DNA of 64,000 nt, taken from positions 96,001 to 160,000 of the forward strand of contig JAOPTX010000032.1 in NCBI GenBank assembly GCA_051532055.1, given 5' to 3'. Source of the DNA: Fibrobacterales bacterium (lineage in GTDB: Bacteria > Fibrobacterota > Fibrobacteria > Fibrobacterales > JAOPTW01). A model generated the notes under the pieces. It was not told where the DNA came from. It searched no databases and worked only from the letters and a program-made list of their open reading frames with translations. Shown here piece after piece: positions 20,313-28,888 of this stretch (the stretch's first letter is position 1; every line of letters starts with the position of its first letter). Made by a program: the position numbers and the translations under genes.

Positions 20313-21764
20313 TTACCGTGAACGAACTACTCTAAAGCCTACATCTACAGCACTATCCGCAAAACCCCATGATTCAAATAACTCATCTCCGTAGATTGCT
20401 ATAGAGGTATCAAGATAACTTCCTCCAGCAACCTGTAATGTACCATTTAAATCGAGCGTCAGTTCAGCCGCATTACCAATCAAATCATACAGATGCCCAA
20501 CACTTGGCTTAAGGTATGACCCTACACCACTTAACTGACCCGTGCTATTAACATACTTACGCACATCTTCATCAAGGCTTGATCCTCCCCAAAAATAGGC
20601 AACGACCTCATCCTCAGTGTATCCATAGGTATAGGCCGCTTTCCATTCATCAGATGTAGGGAGTCGATAGCCATTTGCGCGAATCATACTGAGTGAACCA
20701 CCCTCAATGTTTCGATACACTGGAGTCAACCCTTCACTTTCGGAACGCGCATTACAATAAAGCATCATCTCTTTGAGTGTTAACGAGGTTTTTGGCAATT
20801 GCTCAGTACCCGGAACAAGACCACCCCCCATTAATGCTGCATACTGCTTGTGCGTCACCTCATATGACCCTATATAGAAGGCATCATTGATGAGTTGTAA
20901 CGCCCCTTCTTCAGGATTCTGTTCAGCAAAGCGGGCCATTGCAAGTGAGCGCATTGCAACAGGACTCACCGCATACGGTTCTGGTATATTGACAAGGTAG
21001 CTATTCTTCTGTTGATCCAAGTAGAATGCATACGTATACCTACCACTAAAAAAGAGCTGTTGTATCAAGCTATCCCGCTGAGTGATCCCCAATTGGCTCA
21101 ATACATCATCATACTCTGCAATAATATCTTTAGTATCATAAGCATAGATAAAGAGTGAATCAAGAAGTGTTCTACCCAGTGCATAGAGCGCGCCATCTAA
21201 ATCGTATTCAGGATTGCTCTCTAGATATTGAGTATAGAGGCCAACATAAGCCTTTACCGAATCTATATCTACGCTCGTAACCACCCGATCAGTAATTGTA
21301 CTCTTTACTACCTCATAGGTAATTACTCCTTGATGAGGAAACAATCTGATGAGATCAACAGTAAGGTTATTTGCCTCACATTCTTTAAGAATTGACCCTT
21401 TACCCGTCAGTGAAACGCCTCCATTGGTGACATTCATTTTTCTCGAGAAGGTCGCATAGCGAATATCATATTGAGAGCGAGCATCGCCATTAATAGAGAG
21501 TGTAAGCTCATTTTTTTGCTCTACCCCATCATAACGTACATCATAAAAGTCACAGGTTGCATCACTCTGTTGCACCATATCTTCACTACAGTGAACTTCA
21601 CTGTTTGCCAATGCCCCATCAATATAATAGGCAACAACCATGCTATCGAGCTGTTCTCCATTAGGGAGCTCATGACTGATATGATACGGCTGTGTGTAAT
21701 TATTACTTTCTACGATACACCCTACAAAGAGTGCTGGAATAAGGCTGAAGAGGAGCGCTTTCAT
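20313..21764 (-). CDS. Lipoprotein with C-terminal FGE-sulfatase (SUMF1/EgtB) domain
   Basis: Lipobox LFVGC; FYIGSYEVTHKQY, YCNARS..EGL, GYRLPTSDEW, LYDLIGNAAE, VGFRVVR. Confidence 0.8.
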   Translation of the reverse strand: MKALLFSLIPALFVGCIVESNNYTQPYHISHELPNGEQLDSMVVAYYIDGALANSEVHCSEDMVQQSDATCDFYDVRYDGVEQKNELTLSINGDARSQYDIRYATFSRKMNVTNGGVSLTGKGSILKECEANNLTVDLIRLFPHQGVITYEVVKSTITDRVVTSVDIDSVKAYVGLYTQYLESNPEYDLDGALYALGRTLLDSLFIYAYDTKDIIAEYDDVLSQLGITQRDSLIQQLFFSGRYTYAFYLDQQKNSYLVNIPEPYAVSPVAMRSLAMARFAEQNPEEGALQLINDAFYIGSYEVTHKQYAALMGGGLVPGTEQLPKTSLTLKEMMLYCNARSESEGLTPVYRNIEGGSLSMIRANGYRLPTSDEWKAAYTYGYTEDEVVAYFWGGSSLDEDVRKYVNSTGQLSGVGSYLKPSVGHLYDLIGNAAELTLDLNGTLQVAGGSYLDTSIAIYGDELFESWGFADSAVDVGFRVVRSR

Positions 21765-22064
21765 AATTGTTCTCACTTAATACTGATGTTCTAGCACTAA
21801 TGGTAAAAACTTGCACACCTCTCGGCATTCAATTCAAGTGATCTGCAAGTCACATTCCTGCATTTCCGTTTCAAAAAGTGTTTAAGAAATTGTACTTTGG
21901 TGTTTAAGAGATAATAATGAGGGTTGATGAGGGAGTTCTTGATTATTGGCTGGAATGAGGTGATTTTGTTTGATTTTAGGGTGGAGTTTAAACGGAGGGG
22001 AGATTTAAAGCGTATTTAATTTCGTGTTTCGCGAAATGTGAAAATCGGTATCCTGTAAAACTCC

Positions 22065-22346
22065 TCACAACGACTTCACCTTTTTGCTCAACCGGGCCGC
22101 ATGATTAAGACGCTTAACCTTCTTCGTACTTTGCGCATTATACAGATCAGTAGCCCGTTGAATATTAAGCCAAAAGTCTGGCATTGTGCCAAAGGCTTGA
22201 GAGAAGAGGATTACTGTTTCTGCGGATATACCTCGTTTGCCTTTCACGATTATATTTACTCTATTTGATGAAATTCCTGGGGGTCTTGCAAACTCTGCTT
22301 TCGTCATACCAATAGGATCTAAAAATTCATAGAGAAGTATTTCACC
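22065..22346 (-). pseudogene. higA: HigA-family antitoxin, N-terminally truncated
   Basis: In-frame GEILLYEFLDPIGMTKAEFA..ISSNRVNIIVKGKRGISAE..FGTMPDFWLNIQ. The (H)P and native start are missing; an upstream in-frame TAG occurs with no ATG. Confidence 0.7.
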
Positions 22347-22417
22347 TTCATTCTTTCCATATATAAGCAGCCAGATTTTATATGATACTCCCTATGATCA
22401 ACAAAATTCCGTTCCAA
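22347..22417 (-). pseudogene. YafQ-like toxin remnant
   Basis: Reads LERNFVDH-REYHIK then, after a frameshift, WLLIYGKNE. This matches YafQ L..KY.DH.L.G...RECHI.PDWLLIY with an internal deletion. Confidence 0.5.
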
Positions 22418-22479
22418 GAAAAGCATGGGAAAATGCAACGCTAGATCCTCTTCAATAGCAGGTTGTTATGTAATATTCG

Positions 22480-25400
22480 CTAAGGATCTTGAACGCAACG
22501 TACAGAGTAGTCATTCGACTTAGTCATATTGCTTCCACCGATATGAGTGTTAAATTTATGAGATATAGTCCTGGTATAGACGCTATTGGTGCTATTTTCT
22601 CGTTGAGTAGCACTCCACCACTCTGTATTGCTATCAGCTCTTACGAATTCTCCATCATAATAATTACGTCTTCCAGCAGGCAGGGCGGAAAACCCGTAAT
22701 CATCCGTTCCAGATCCATTGTCAGCCCATGTATCAGTACTTTTTAGTCTTCTTGCTACTTCATTACTTCCAGTGGTAGATTCAACAAAATTACTTAGCGC
22801 ACTCCATTCATCATCACTAGGTAAATGCCATCCATTTGGACAAATTCCTTGGTGCTCAATGTCACTTCCAGGCCAAGTTGTTGTATTGAAAGAGAAATCA
22901 ACTTTCATTGCAGTTCGCCAATCATATAAACGGCCATAAGTATCGCAGGTTATACTATCTGTATGATCTAATTTTCCATAACAATAACCAGTTGAAAATG
23001 TTTTATTGCCATTATCATCATCACCTGAGTAATTTAAGTTTTCAGCAAACCAAACTTGAGTTCCAATAGATATAATATCATATTCTTCACCGTCACGACC
23101 ATCAATAATCATCCCTGCTCCATTTTGGGGTGTATCCAATATTACCCCGGTATATTTAGAATCATTACTTACACTATTTACTCCATCAGAGCAAGTGACT
23201 AGTACATAAACATGCTCCCCAACATCGTCCGAGGTTAATGTATATGTTAAATTTTGCTCTCCACTAATAGCAACTCCATTGTTTCCGGAATCAGAACTAT
23301 CTCTATACCACTGATAACTAAATTCAGCACTAGGATTTTCCAAATCTATACATGTGCCTCTAGGACTTACTGTTAAGACAGAGTCTTTATAATCGGCTCC
23401 ACTTATTGACGGTGAACCAGTATACTCTGGGGGGTCATCCACAGCCTCAATTCTAACATCCAACACAACAATATCCCGAAATACCCCATCATCAATTTCA
23501 ATCTTTAATGAGTCAACACCGTTTGCGTTTTCTTTCAACACATAACTAATTACACCTGTCATACCATCAATCATCACAGTAGCAGAGTCAGGTCCCTCTA
23601 TCAATCGCCATACAACAGTATCACCATCAGCATCGCTAAAACTTAAAGAAAAAACACTATCAATATCTTCTACCATATCAAGCTGCATTCGATCACCAAT
23701 CACAAACTCCGGTGCATTATCATTTTCATTTCCCACATTAATATCAACTTTAACATCAACAGAGTCGTCACCATCTGATACTGTTACTATAAGTGAATAC
23801 CTACCTTGAATCTCATAGTCAAGTTCTTCTTTTACCTCAACAACTCCACTAAATACTCCAACAGAAAAAACATTGCTATCTCCAGACTTCAACGTGAATC
23901 GTTGCTGCTCATTATCTGCATCAATTGAAAAAACCGTTCCAACTATAGCAGTTTGATTTTCTTTTATGGAAAATGTATCGGGAATTGCCACAGGAACACT
24001 ATTTACTACGGCAACCTCTACGGTATCAATAACAACATTATTATCATCATCTACTGCCATAAGAGCATATTTAAATGCCCCCTTACTACCAGGATTTTGA
24101 ATTTTACGGGTTGTCGCTAATCCCATTGAAGTCCATGCATTATCATACACCTCCCTAAAAGAGTAACTGACAATATCCCCGTATGCGTCGCTTCCTGTCC
24201 AATTAAATACTAATGAATCAGCTTTCGTTACACTTGGTAATTCTGCCACTAAACTCACCTCCGGCTCATCCAACAACACCCTAACCACAACCGAGTCCAA
24301 AACCACATTACTATCACCATCCATAACCCGCACATACACCGGATAGTTCACATTAGCCGTATCAGGAACCCGAATAGAAAACACCGAATCAACCTGCGCA
24401 ACAAACACACCCGCTACACCATGCTTCCACTCAACCGAAACAACAGCGCCACCATCCAAGGTGTCTTTCGCACTATACTTTAACTCAATAGAATCCTTAA
24501 TAGAAACATCCACCAGTGAATCAATCTGGACCCACGGCTTCGAATTCCACGCATCAAAAGGCGCTACTTCCACATCAAAGCTCAAGTTGGTAAACGCCTT
24601 CTGCTTATACCCCGTCAAATGCCCCAGTGCGCCATACACTTTAATCTCAACAGAGTAGTTTGTACCCACAACGGCCTGTTTTATAAAACCAGTATATTTT
24701 GTAAGCTCTGCATCATAAGCCGCCTGTTTAACAACGGGAATTACAATATTATCTCCCGACAAGGTTATGAAAACAGTCGCAACATCCGTAGCATGCGCAT
24801 CTATCACACCATGAAAAGTAAAGGTCGTAGAATCCCCAACTACAACTGCTGCCACAGAACTTGAACTAACCGCCCCCACCGCACTCGACAAACCACCTAC
24901 CTCAGCCGAACTAGAAGAAACCCCTACAGGATCAGGTAATTGAGCGGTCGTATCTGTATTAAGTGCAACATACCCCATAATCTCAACTTCAGAAACACCA
25001 ATAAGACCTTCCAAGGTTTTCGCAGCCGCAGCATCCCCACGCCCAGTAAGTGAGTCCTTAAGGGCCACAACAAATGAGGCAATGTCGACACCCTCTTTTT
25101 TACTATAGGTTTCAAACAGTGTAGAGATAGTAGAGTCAATGACCGTCGTATCCTCTTTGAGAACATACCCAACAAACAACGAGTCAAGGAGCTGGGCCTG
25201 GCCCGTAGAATCAATAATGGTATCAGTGGTAACGCGACCCTGATATTCAAGCAACAGCTGAACTATCTTGGGGTTTACCCCGCCGGTTCCATTGGGATTT
25301 TCATCGGTAAAAGTAAAGCTTTTCCCTTTTTCAACAACGGGAATACCGTAAGAGTAACAGCGATAGGACACATCGACCTGTGCATCAAGTTCCGCACTGA

Positions 25401-25632
25401 TAGGAAAATCAACCGCTATGGCGCCTGCCCCATCATAGGCATCACCTCGTAGAAATTTTAATGTATCAGTAGCGCCATCGATGGTTCTTGCGACAATGAT
25501 ACTATCAATAACGAGTCCATTAGCGTTTTCGATATTTATGACATAGTCACGTGAATCGGCAATGTTGGTTGATTCGCACCCTAGAAACATAAACGCTATT
25601 AACGCAGAAATAAGTATTCCAATGAATTTCAT
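22480..25632 (-). CDS. Lipoprotein with unnamed N-terminal module, Ig/cadherin repeats and C-terminal FISUMP (Fib_succ_major) domain
   Basis: Lipobox FLGC; ELDYE..NENDNAP; DGRDGEEY..IGTQVWFAENLNY, YGRLYDW, QGICPNGWHLPS, YGFSALPAG, YSVRCVQD. Confidence 0.88.
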   Translation of the reverse strand: MKFIGILISALIAFMFLGCESTNIADSRDYVINIENANGLVIDSIIVARTIDGATDTLKFLRGDAYDGAGAIAVDFPISAELDAQVDVSYRCYSYGIPVVEKGKSFTFTDENPNGTGGVNPKIVQLLLEYQGRVTTDTIIDSTGQAQLLDSLFVGYVLKEDTTVIDSTISTLFETYSKKEGVDIASFVVALKDSLTGRGDAAAAKTLEGLIGVSEVEIMGYVALNTDTTAQLPDPVGVSSSSAEVGGLSSAVGAVSSSSVAAVVVGDSTTFTFHGVIDAHATDVATVFITLSGDNIVIPVVKQAAYDAELTKYTGFIKQAVVGTNYSVEIKVYGALGHLTGYKQKAFTNLSFDVEVAPFDAWNSKPWVQIDSLVDVSIKDSIELKYSAKDTLDGGAVVSVEWKHGVAGVFVAQVDSVFSIRVPDTANVNYPVYVRVMDGDSNVVLDSVVVRVLLDEPEVSLVAELPSVTKADSLVFNWTGSDAYGDIVSYSFREVYDNAWTSMGLATTRKIQNPGSKGAFKYALMAVDDDNNVVIDTVEVAVVNSVPVAIPDTFSIKENQTAIVGTVFSIDADNEQQRFTLKSGDSNVFSVGVFSGVVEVKEELDYEIQGRYSLIVTVSDGDDSVDVKVDINVGNENDNAPEFVIGDRMQLDMVEDIDSVFSLSFSDADGDTVVWRLIEGPDSATVMIDGMTGVISYVLKENANGVDSLKIEIDDGVFRDIVVLDVRIEAVDDPPEYTGSPSISGADYKDSVLTVSPRGTCIDLENPSAEFSYQWYRDSSDSGNNGVAISGEQNLTYTLTSDDVGEHVYVLVTCSDGVNSVSNDSKYTGVILDTPQNGAGMIIDGRDGEEYDIISIGTQVWFAENLNYSGDDDNGNKTFSTGYCYGKLDHTDSITCDTYGRLYDWRTAMKVDFSFNTTTWPGSDIEHQGICPNGWHLPSDDEWSALSNFVESTTGSNEVARRLKSTDTWADNGSGTDDYGFSALPAGRRNYYDGEFVRADSNTEWWSATQRENSTNSVYTRTISHKFNTHIGGSNMTKSNDYSVRCVQDP

Positions 25633-25758
25633 ATCACTCTCTTCTAAAAAATGGATCTACATAGATGTTTTATAAGCAGACACAGCTATCGCTGACGGGC
25701 GTAAAGATAGTAAACGTTAAACCCAATTGTATCAAACTCAAATTGTTCTGAGGGCCGG

Positions 25759-25774
25759 CGTGATGGTGGTCACA
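25759..25774. promoter_or_regulatory. CRP-like site CGTGA-N6-TCACA
   Basis: cgtga tggtgg tcaca, about 130 bp upstream of the FISUMP lipoprotein start. Confidence 0.35.
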
Positions 25775-25875
25775 CTCTCTTACTCACACTATTTTAAAGT
25801 CGAGCGATCACCCATTAATCACAAAACGTCCCAACACAACGAAACCATCGATATACACAGCAAAATCACCTGGTT

Positions 25876-25911
25876 TTTTTTCACAAAAATGACGTCACTT
25901 TTGTGAAAAAA
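25876..25911. repeat. 36-bp near-perfect palindrome (operator-like)
   Basis: TTTTTTCACAAAAATGACGTCACTTTTGTGAAAAAA, one mismatched pair. Confidence 0.8.
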
Positions 25912-26203
25912 TGATCACTGTAACTTTGCATAACTCAAACTATTCTATAAGAGGTACGTACATGTAAAACGGAAAAACATTACCGTAAATGGTACAAAAA
26001 TAGTGGGCTCTTTTCATCTCTATCACTCAAGATTACCATTCGTTAAAAAGGTTCTTTACAAGTCATACTAAGATTGTACTGTATCTATACTATTCAAATC
26101 AAGAAATATTTACAGTAACTTCTTTAGCTATAAAAAACTCTATCAATGATCCGTCTACATTCTCTGAACATGAGCATTAGCTATACTACCTATAACTACA
26201 GAC

Positions 26204-26235
26204 AAAAAAAGCCATCTCAAAGAGACGGCTTTTTT
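26204..26235. terminator. Intrinsic terminator downstream of tRNA-His
   Basis: aaaaaaagccatctc-aaa-gagacggctttttt hairpin with T-runs on both strands. Confidence 0.8.
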
Positions 26236-26241
26236 ATAAAG

Positions 26242-26315
26242 GGTGATTGAAGGGGTTTGAACCCTCGACAACCGGAATCACAATCCGGGACTCTACCAAC
26301 TGAGCTACAACCACC
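26242..26315 (-). tRNA. tRNA-His (GUG), with G-1; CCA not encoded
   Basis: Reverse complement GGTGGTTGTAGCTCAGTTGGTAGAGTCCCGGATTGTGATTCCGGTTGTCGAGGGTTCAAACCCCTTCAATCACC folds as a cloverleaf with GTG anticodon and a G-1:C73 pair. Confidence 0.96.
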
Positions 26316-26383
26316 ACGATGCCACAAATGTAAAATAGTTTTCTGCAAAATACAAGGAAAAAGCAGAAGTGAAACTATAATAC

Positions 26384-26773
26384 CTACCCTTTAGGGGCTC
26401 TCATTTCCGCTTCTCTGAGCTTACGCTTTTGAAGACGGGCAAAGTTTTTACGTTTAAAATCATTACGGTGCTCTGAACAAAATTTTGGATAGATAAACTG
26501 TTTAGGGAATATCTTTACCGGAAATAATGTATTACAACCTTCAAGGCAACAAAGAAAAGGCGACTCGACAACTTCAGTCAAGTTATGCTTAAACACCATA
26601 TTTTTAGATTCTACAGAGTCAAGATTCTTTTTCTGCTTTTGACGCTGTTTAATATCTCTATGAAGCTCACAATATTTTGCAATTGGATGTCCCCAGAACT
26701 CACGGCCACAACCGGGTTCTTGACACACCTTGAGCTTAATTCTCTTTTTCTTTTTGTACTTTGGTAACTGCAC
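26384..26773 (-). CDS. Small basic protein with two C-x4-C...C-x2-H zinc-finger-like repeats
   Basis: CQEPGC...YCELH and CLEGC...FCSEH; K/R-rich. GTG at 26773 preceded by GAGGT. Confidence 0.75.
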   Translation of the reverse strand: MQLPKYKKKKRIKLKVCQEPGCGREFWGHPIAKYCELHRDIKQRQKQKKNLDSVESKNMVFKHNLTEVVESPFLCCLEGCNTLFPVKIFPKQFIYPKFCSEHRNDFKRKNFARLQKRKLREAEMRAPKG

Positions 26774-26878
26774 CAGTACCACCTCTAATCAGAAAGTTTT
26801 TCAAATATAATGAAATAGTAGGGATTTTCAACAAAAAACCCCCGACTGATTTCACTTAATAGTATTAGCTACAAGAAG

Positions 26879-27514
26879 TTACGCTTCTAAAGCTGATATA
26901 ATTCTTCCAAAAACTTCTTCAATCTCACCTGTAGCATCAATTTTGAAGAGATTTCCATTTTGCTCAAACCAATTGAGTACCGGCTTAGTTTCTTCATGAT
27001 ATGCTGACAAACGTTGACGAATCGCTGTTTCATTGTCATCAGCACGTTGTACGAGCTCTGCGCCACAGCCATTACATTTATTTTCAGTAGGTACATTAAT
27101 TAGATTATGCTCCATACCACATGATGGACATTTTTTACGAGCAAGCATACGTTGTACCACTTGTTCTTCATCTTCAATATCGAGATAAATACATCCATCA
27201 ACCTGATAATTCTCGAGTAACCAAGCGCGTTGTGCTTCATTTCTTGGGAAACCATCAAGAAGAAAGCCTTTTTTAGGATCTAGAGAATCCAATTTATCGG
27301 AAAGAATGCCTTTTACAGTATCATCAGATACCAATTTCCCTGATTGCATAGCCTCTTTAGCAACTTTACCATGTTCAGTTCCATTCTCAACATTCCAACG
27401 GAGTAAATCTCCAACACCAATAAACTCAAGATCAAGTTTTTCTACAAGTTTTGCAGCTTGGGTGCCTTTTCCGCTCCCTTGAATACCAGCAATAGCCAAC
27501 TTTTTGTTCATCAT
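26879..27514 (-). CDS. adk: Adenylate kinase (Zn-LID type)
   Basis: GIQGSGKGTQA, GDLLR, LLDGFPR, LID CPSCG..CNGCG, QRADD. Confidence 0.92.
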   Translation of the reverse strand: MMNKKLAIAGIQGSGKGTQAAKLVEKLDLEFIGVGDLLRWNVENGTEHGKVAKEAMQSGKLVSDDTVKGILSDKLDSLDPKKGFLLDGFPRNEAQRAWLLENYQVDGCIYLDIEDEEQVVQRMLARKKCPSCGMEHNLINVPTENKCNGCGAELVQRADDNETAIRQRLSAYHEETKPVLNWFEQNGNLFKIDATGEIEEVFGRIISALEA

Positions 27515-27829
27515 ATCATTCCCGAAAATTTTCTGTGAGCCAAATATAACAATTGGAGTGCCATTCTTCACTGGCTTACAGTCAAATTGACTTCTCAGCC
27601 CTACAAACAAGACCAAAGTACTCTATACGGCTCATTTTTGCACTTTTCATCAATGAATACTGATTTTTTGTGAACAGCTTAGCATCAGTTATTACATAAA
27701 CTCGCCTAAATACATGAATAAATTACTGTTACGCACCATACCTTTATGTAATTTGTACAAATAGAGATACACTTTCGGGGAGCTACACACATGAGGGCTC
27801 ATACACCCCCCGAAACATATGGAGATATT

Positions 27830-28726
27830 ATGAAAAAACTACTCATTGCACCAGCAATTTTAGCAACACTTCTCATGGTTTCGTGCGCTTCTGACGCACC
27901 AACCGGCAGCGAATCGAGCGACGACCTAAAAGTCAACCTCAATACTAGCTCAGATCAAGGCGCATCATCTGATGAGGCCGTATCATCTGACGAAGTTTCT
28001 TCGGAAAGCACACCAAGTGAACCTGAAGAGTCTTCGAGCTCAGAGCCTGAAGATGGGTCTTCCGACGCAGATTCGTCAAGTGAAGCTGATGATTCTTCAG
28101 AGGCAAATGACGACTCATCTGAAGAAGCAAGCTCATCATCTGAAGATATTTTGGCAACAAGAGATGCTCTAGCCGATGCATTTGCAGAAGTTGAATCTAC
28201 TGTAGATGGCTCAGCTTTTGTTCTTTTTGATGCAGACGTCCCTCAGGATATTATGATCCAGACCTATCAAAAGCCAACACTTATAGTTGATGATGTGTTC
28301 TCGTATGAAGCAACTCGAACCACCGCAAGCGGATGGTTTATCGCAGACTCTAATGCATCAGAAACAGTTTTTGACCTGACAGGCAAAACAGTATTTACTT
28401 TTGTTTACCAAGCTGACGCAACCTTTGATATCCGCATTATGTGGGGTGCTGAGCCAGATGGGTATAACGAATGGGGGCCTTATTGGTCTGAGGCTGATTA
28501 TGCAGATCGCCCTGGCGGAGCGCTCCTTTTTGAAGGCGTCTCCAAATCTACAACCCCCAAGGAACTCTCTATCGACTTAGAAGACATGACTGACCCAGGG
28601 TATCTTGATGCAGTAAATAACTTCGAGTACACCGGTGACCCAATGTTTGATCCATCAAAAGTATGGCAAATAGTAATTCAAAACACTAAAGGCCCTATAC
28701 ACTTTACAAAAATACGATTCGAATAA
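27830..28726 (+). CDS. Lipoprotein with Ser/Glu-rich linker and putative carbohydrate-binding (CBM11/CIA30-like) domain
   Basis: MKK..LMVSC lipobox after GGAG RBS; acidic Ser-rich linker; DLTGKT.FTF...FDPSKVWQI..IHFTKIRFE. Confidence 0.65.
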   Translation: MKKLLIAPAILATLLMVSCASDAPTGSESSDDLKVNLNTSSDQGASSDEAVSSDEVSSESTPSEPEESSSSEPEDGSSDADSSSEADDSSEANDDSSEEASSSSEDILATRDALADAFAEVESTVDGSAFVLFDADVPQDIMIQTYQKPTLIVDDVFSYEATRTTASGWFIADSNASETVFDLTGKTVFTFVYQADATFDIRIMWGAEPDGYNEWGPYWSEADYADRPGGALLFEGVSKSTTPKELSIDLEDMTDPGYLDAVNNFEYTGDPMFDPSKVWQIVIQNTKGPIHFTKIRFE

Positions 28727-28748
28727 ATAACGCTCTACAATAGACTTT

Positions 28749-28776
28749 AGGCCCCTCATTTGAGGGGCCTTTTTTT
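28749..28776 (+). terminator. Intrinsic terminator
   Basis: aggcccctca-tt-tgaggggcct followed by a T-run. Confidence 0.88.
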
Positions 28777-28888
28777 ATTTCTCTTTGTACGCGCACAAAC
28801 AGTCAAGTAATGTCCATCGCATACTTTTCTTGTCAAGAACCAATAAGAATATATATTTACCCTACACCGACTCCATCAGGAATACACA

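Noticed and set aside
21838..21854. Additional CRP-like site GTGA-N8-TCACA upstream of the FGE lipoprotein
   Set aside because: Spacer is 8 rather than 6 bp; not counted.
20313..25632. Diversity-generating retroelement targeting the FGE-sulfatase and FISUMP C-termini (both C-type-lectin-like folds used by DGRs)
   Set aside because: No reverse transcriptase and no template repeat differing only at adenines was seen in the window; a remote DGR cannot be excluded.
1..26315. tRNA-His-anchored integrative island
   Set aside because: The accessory region lies 3' of the tRNA, but no integrase and no duplicated tRNA 3' end (att) was found, and the native terminator directly follows the tRNA.
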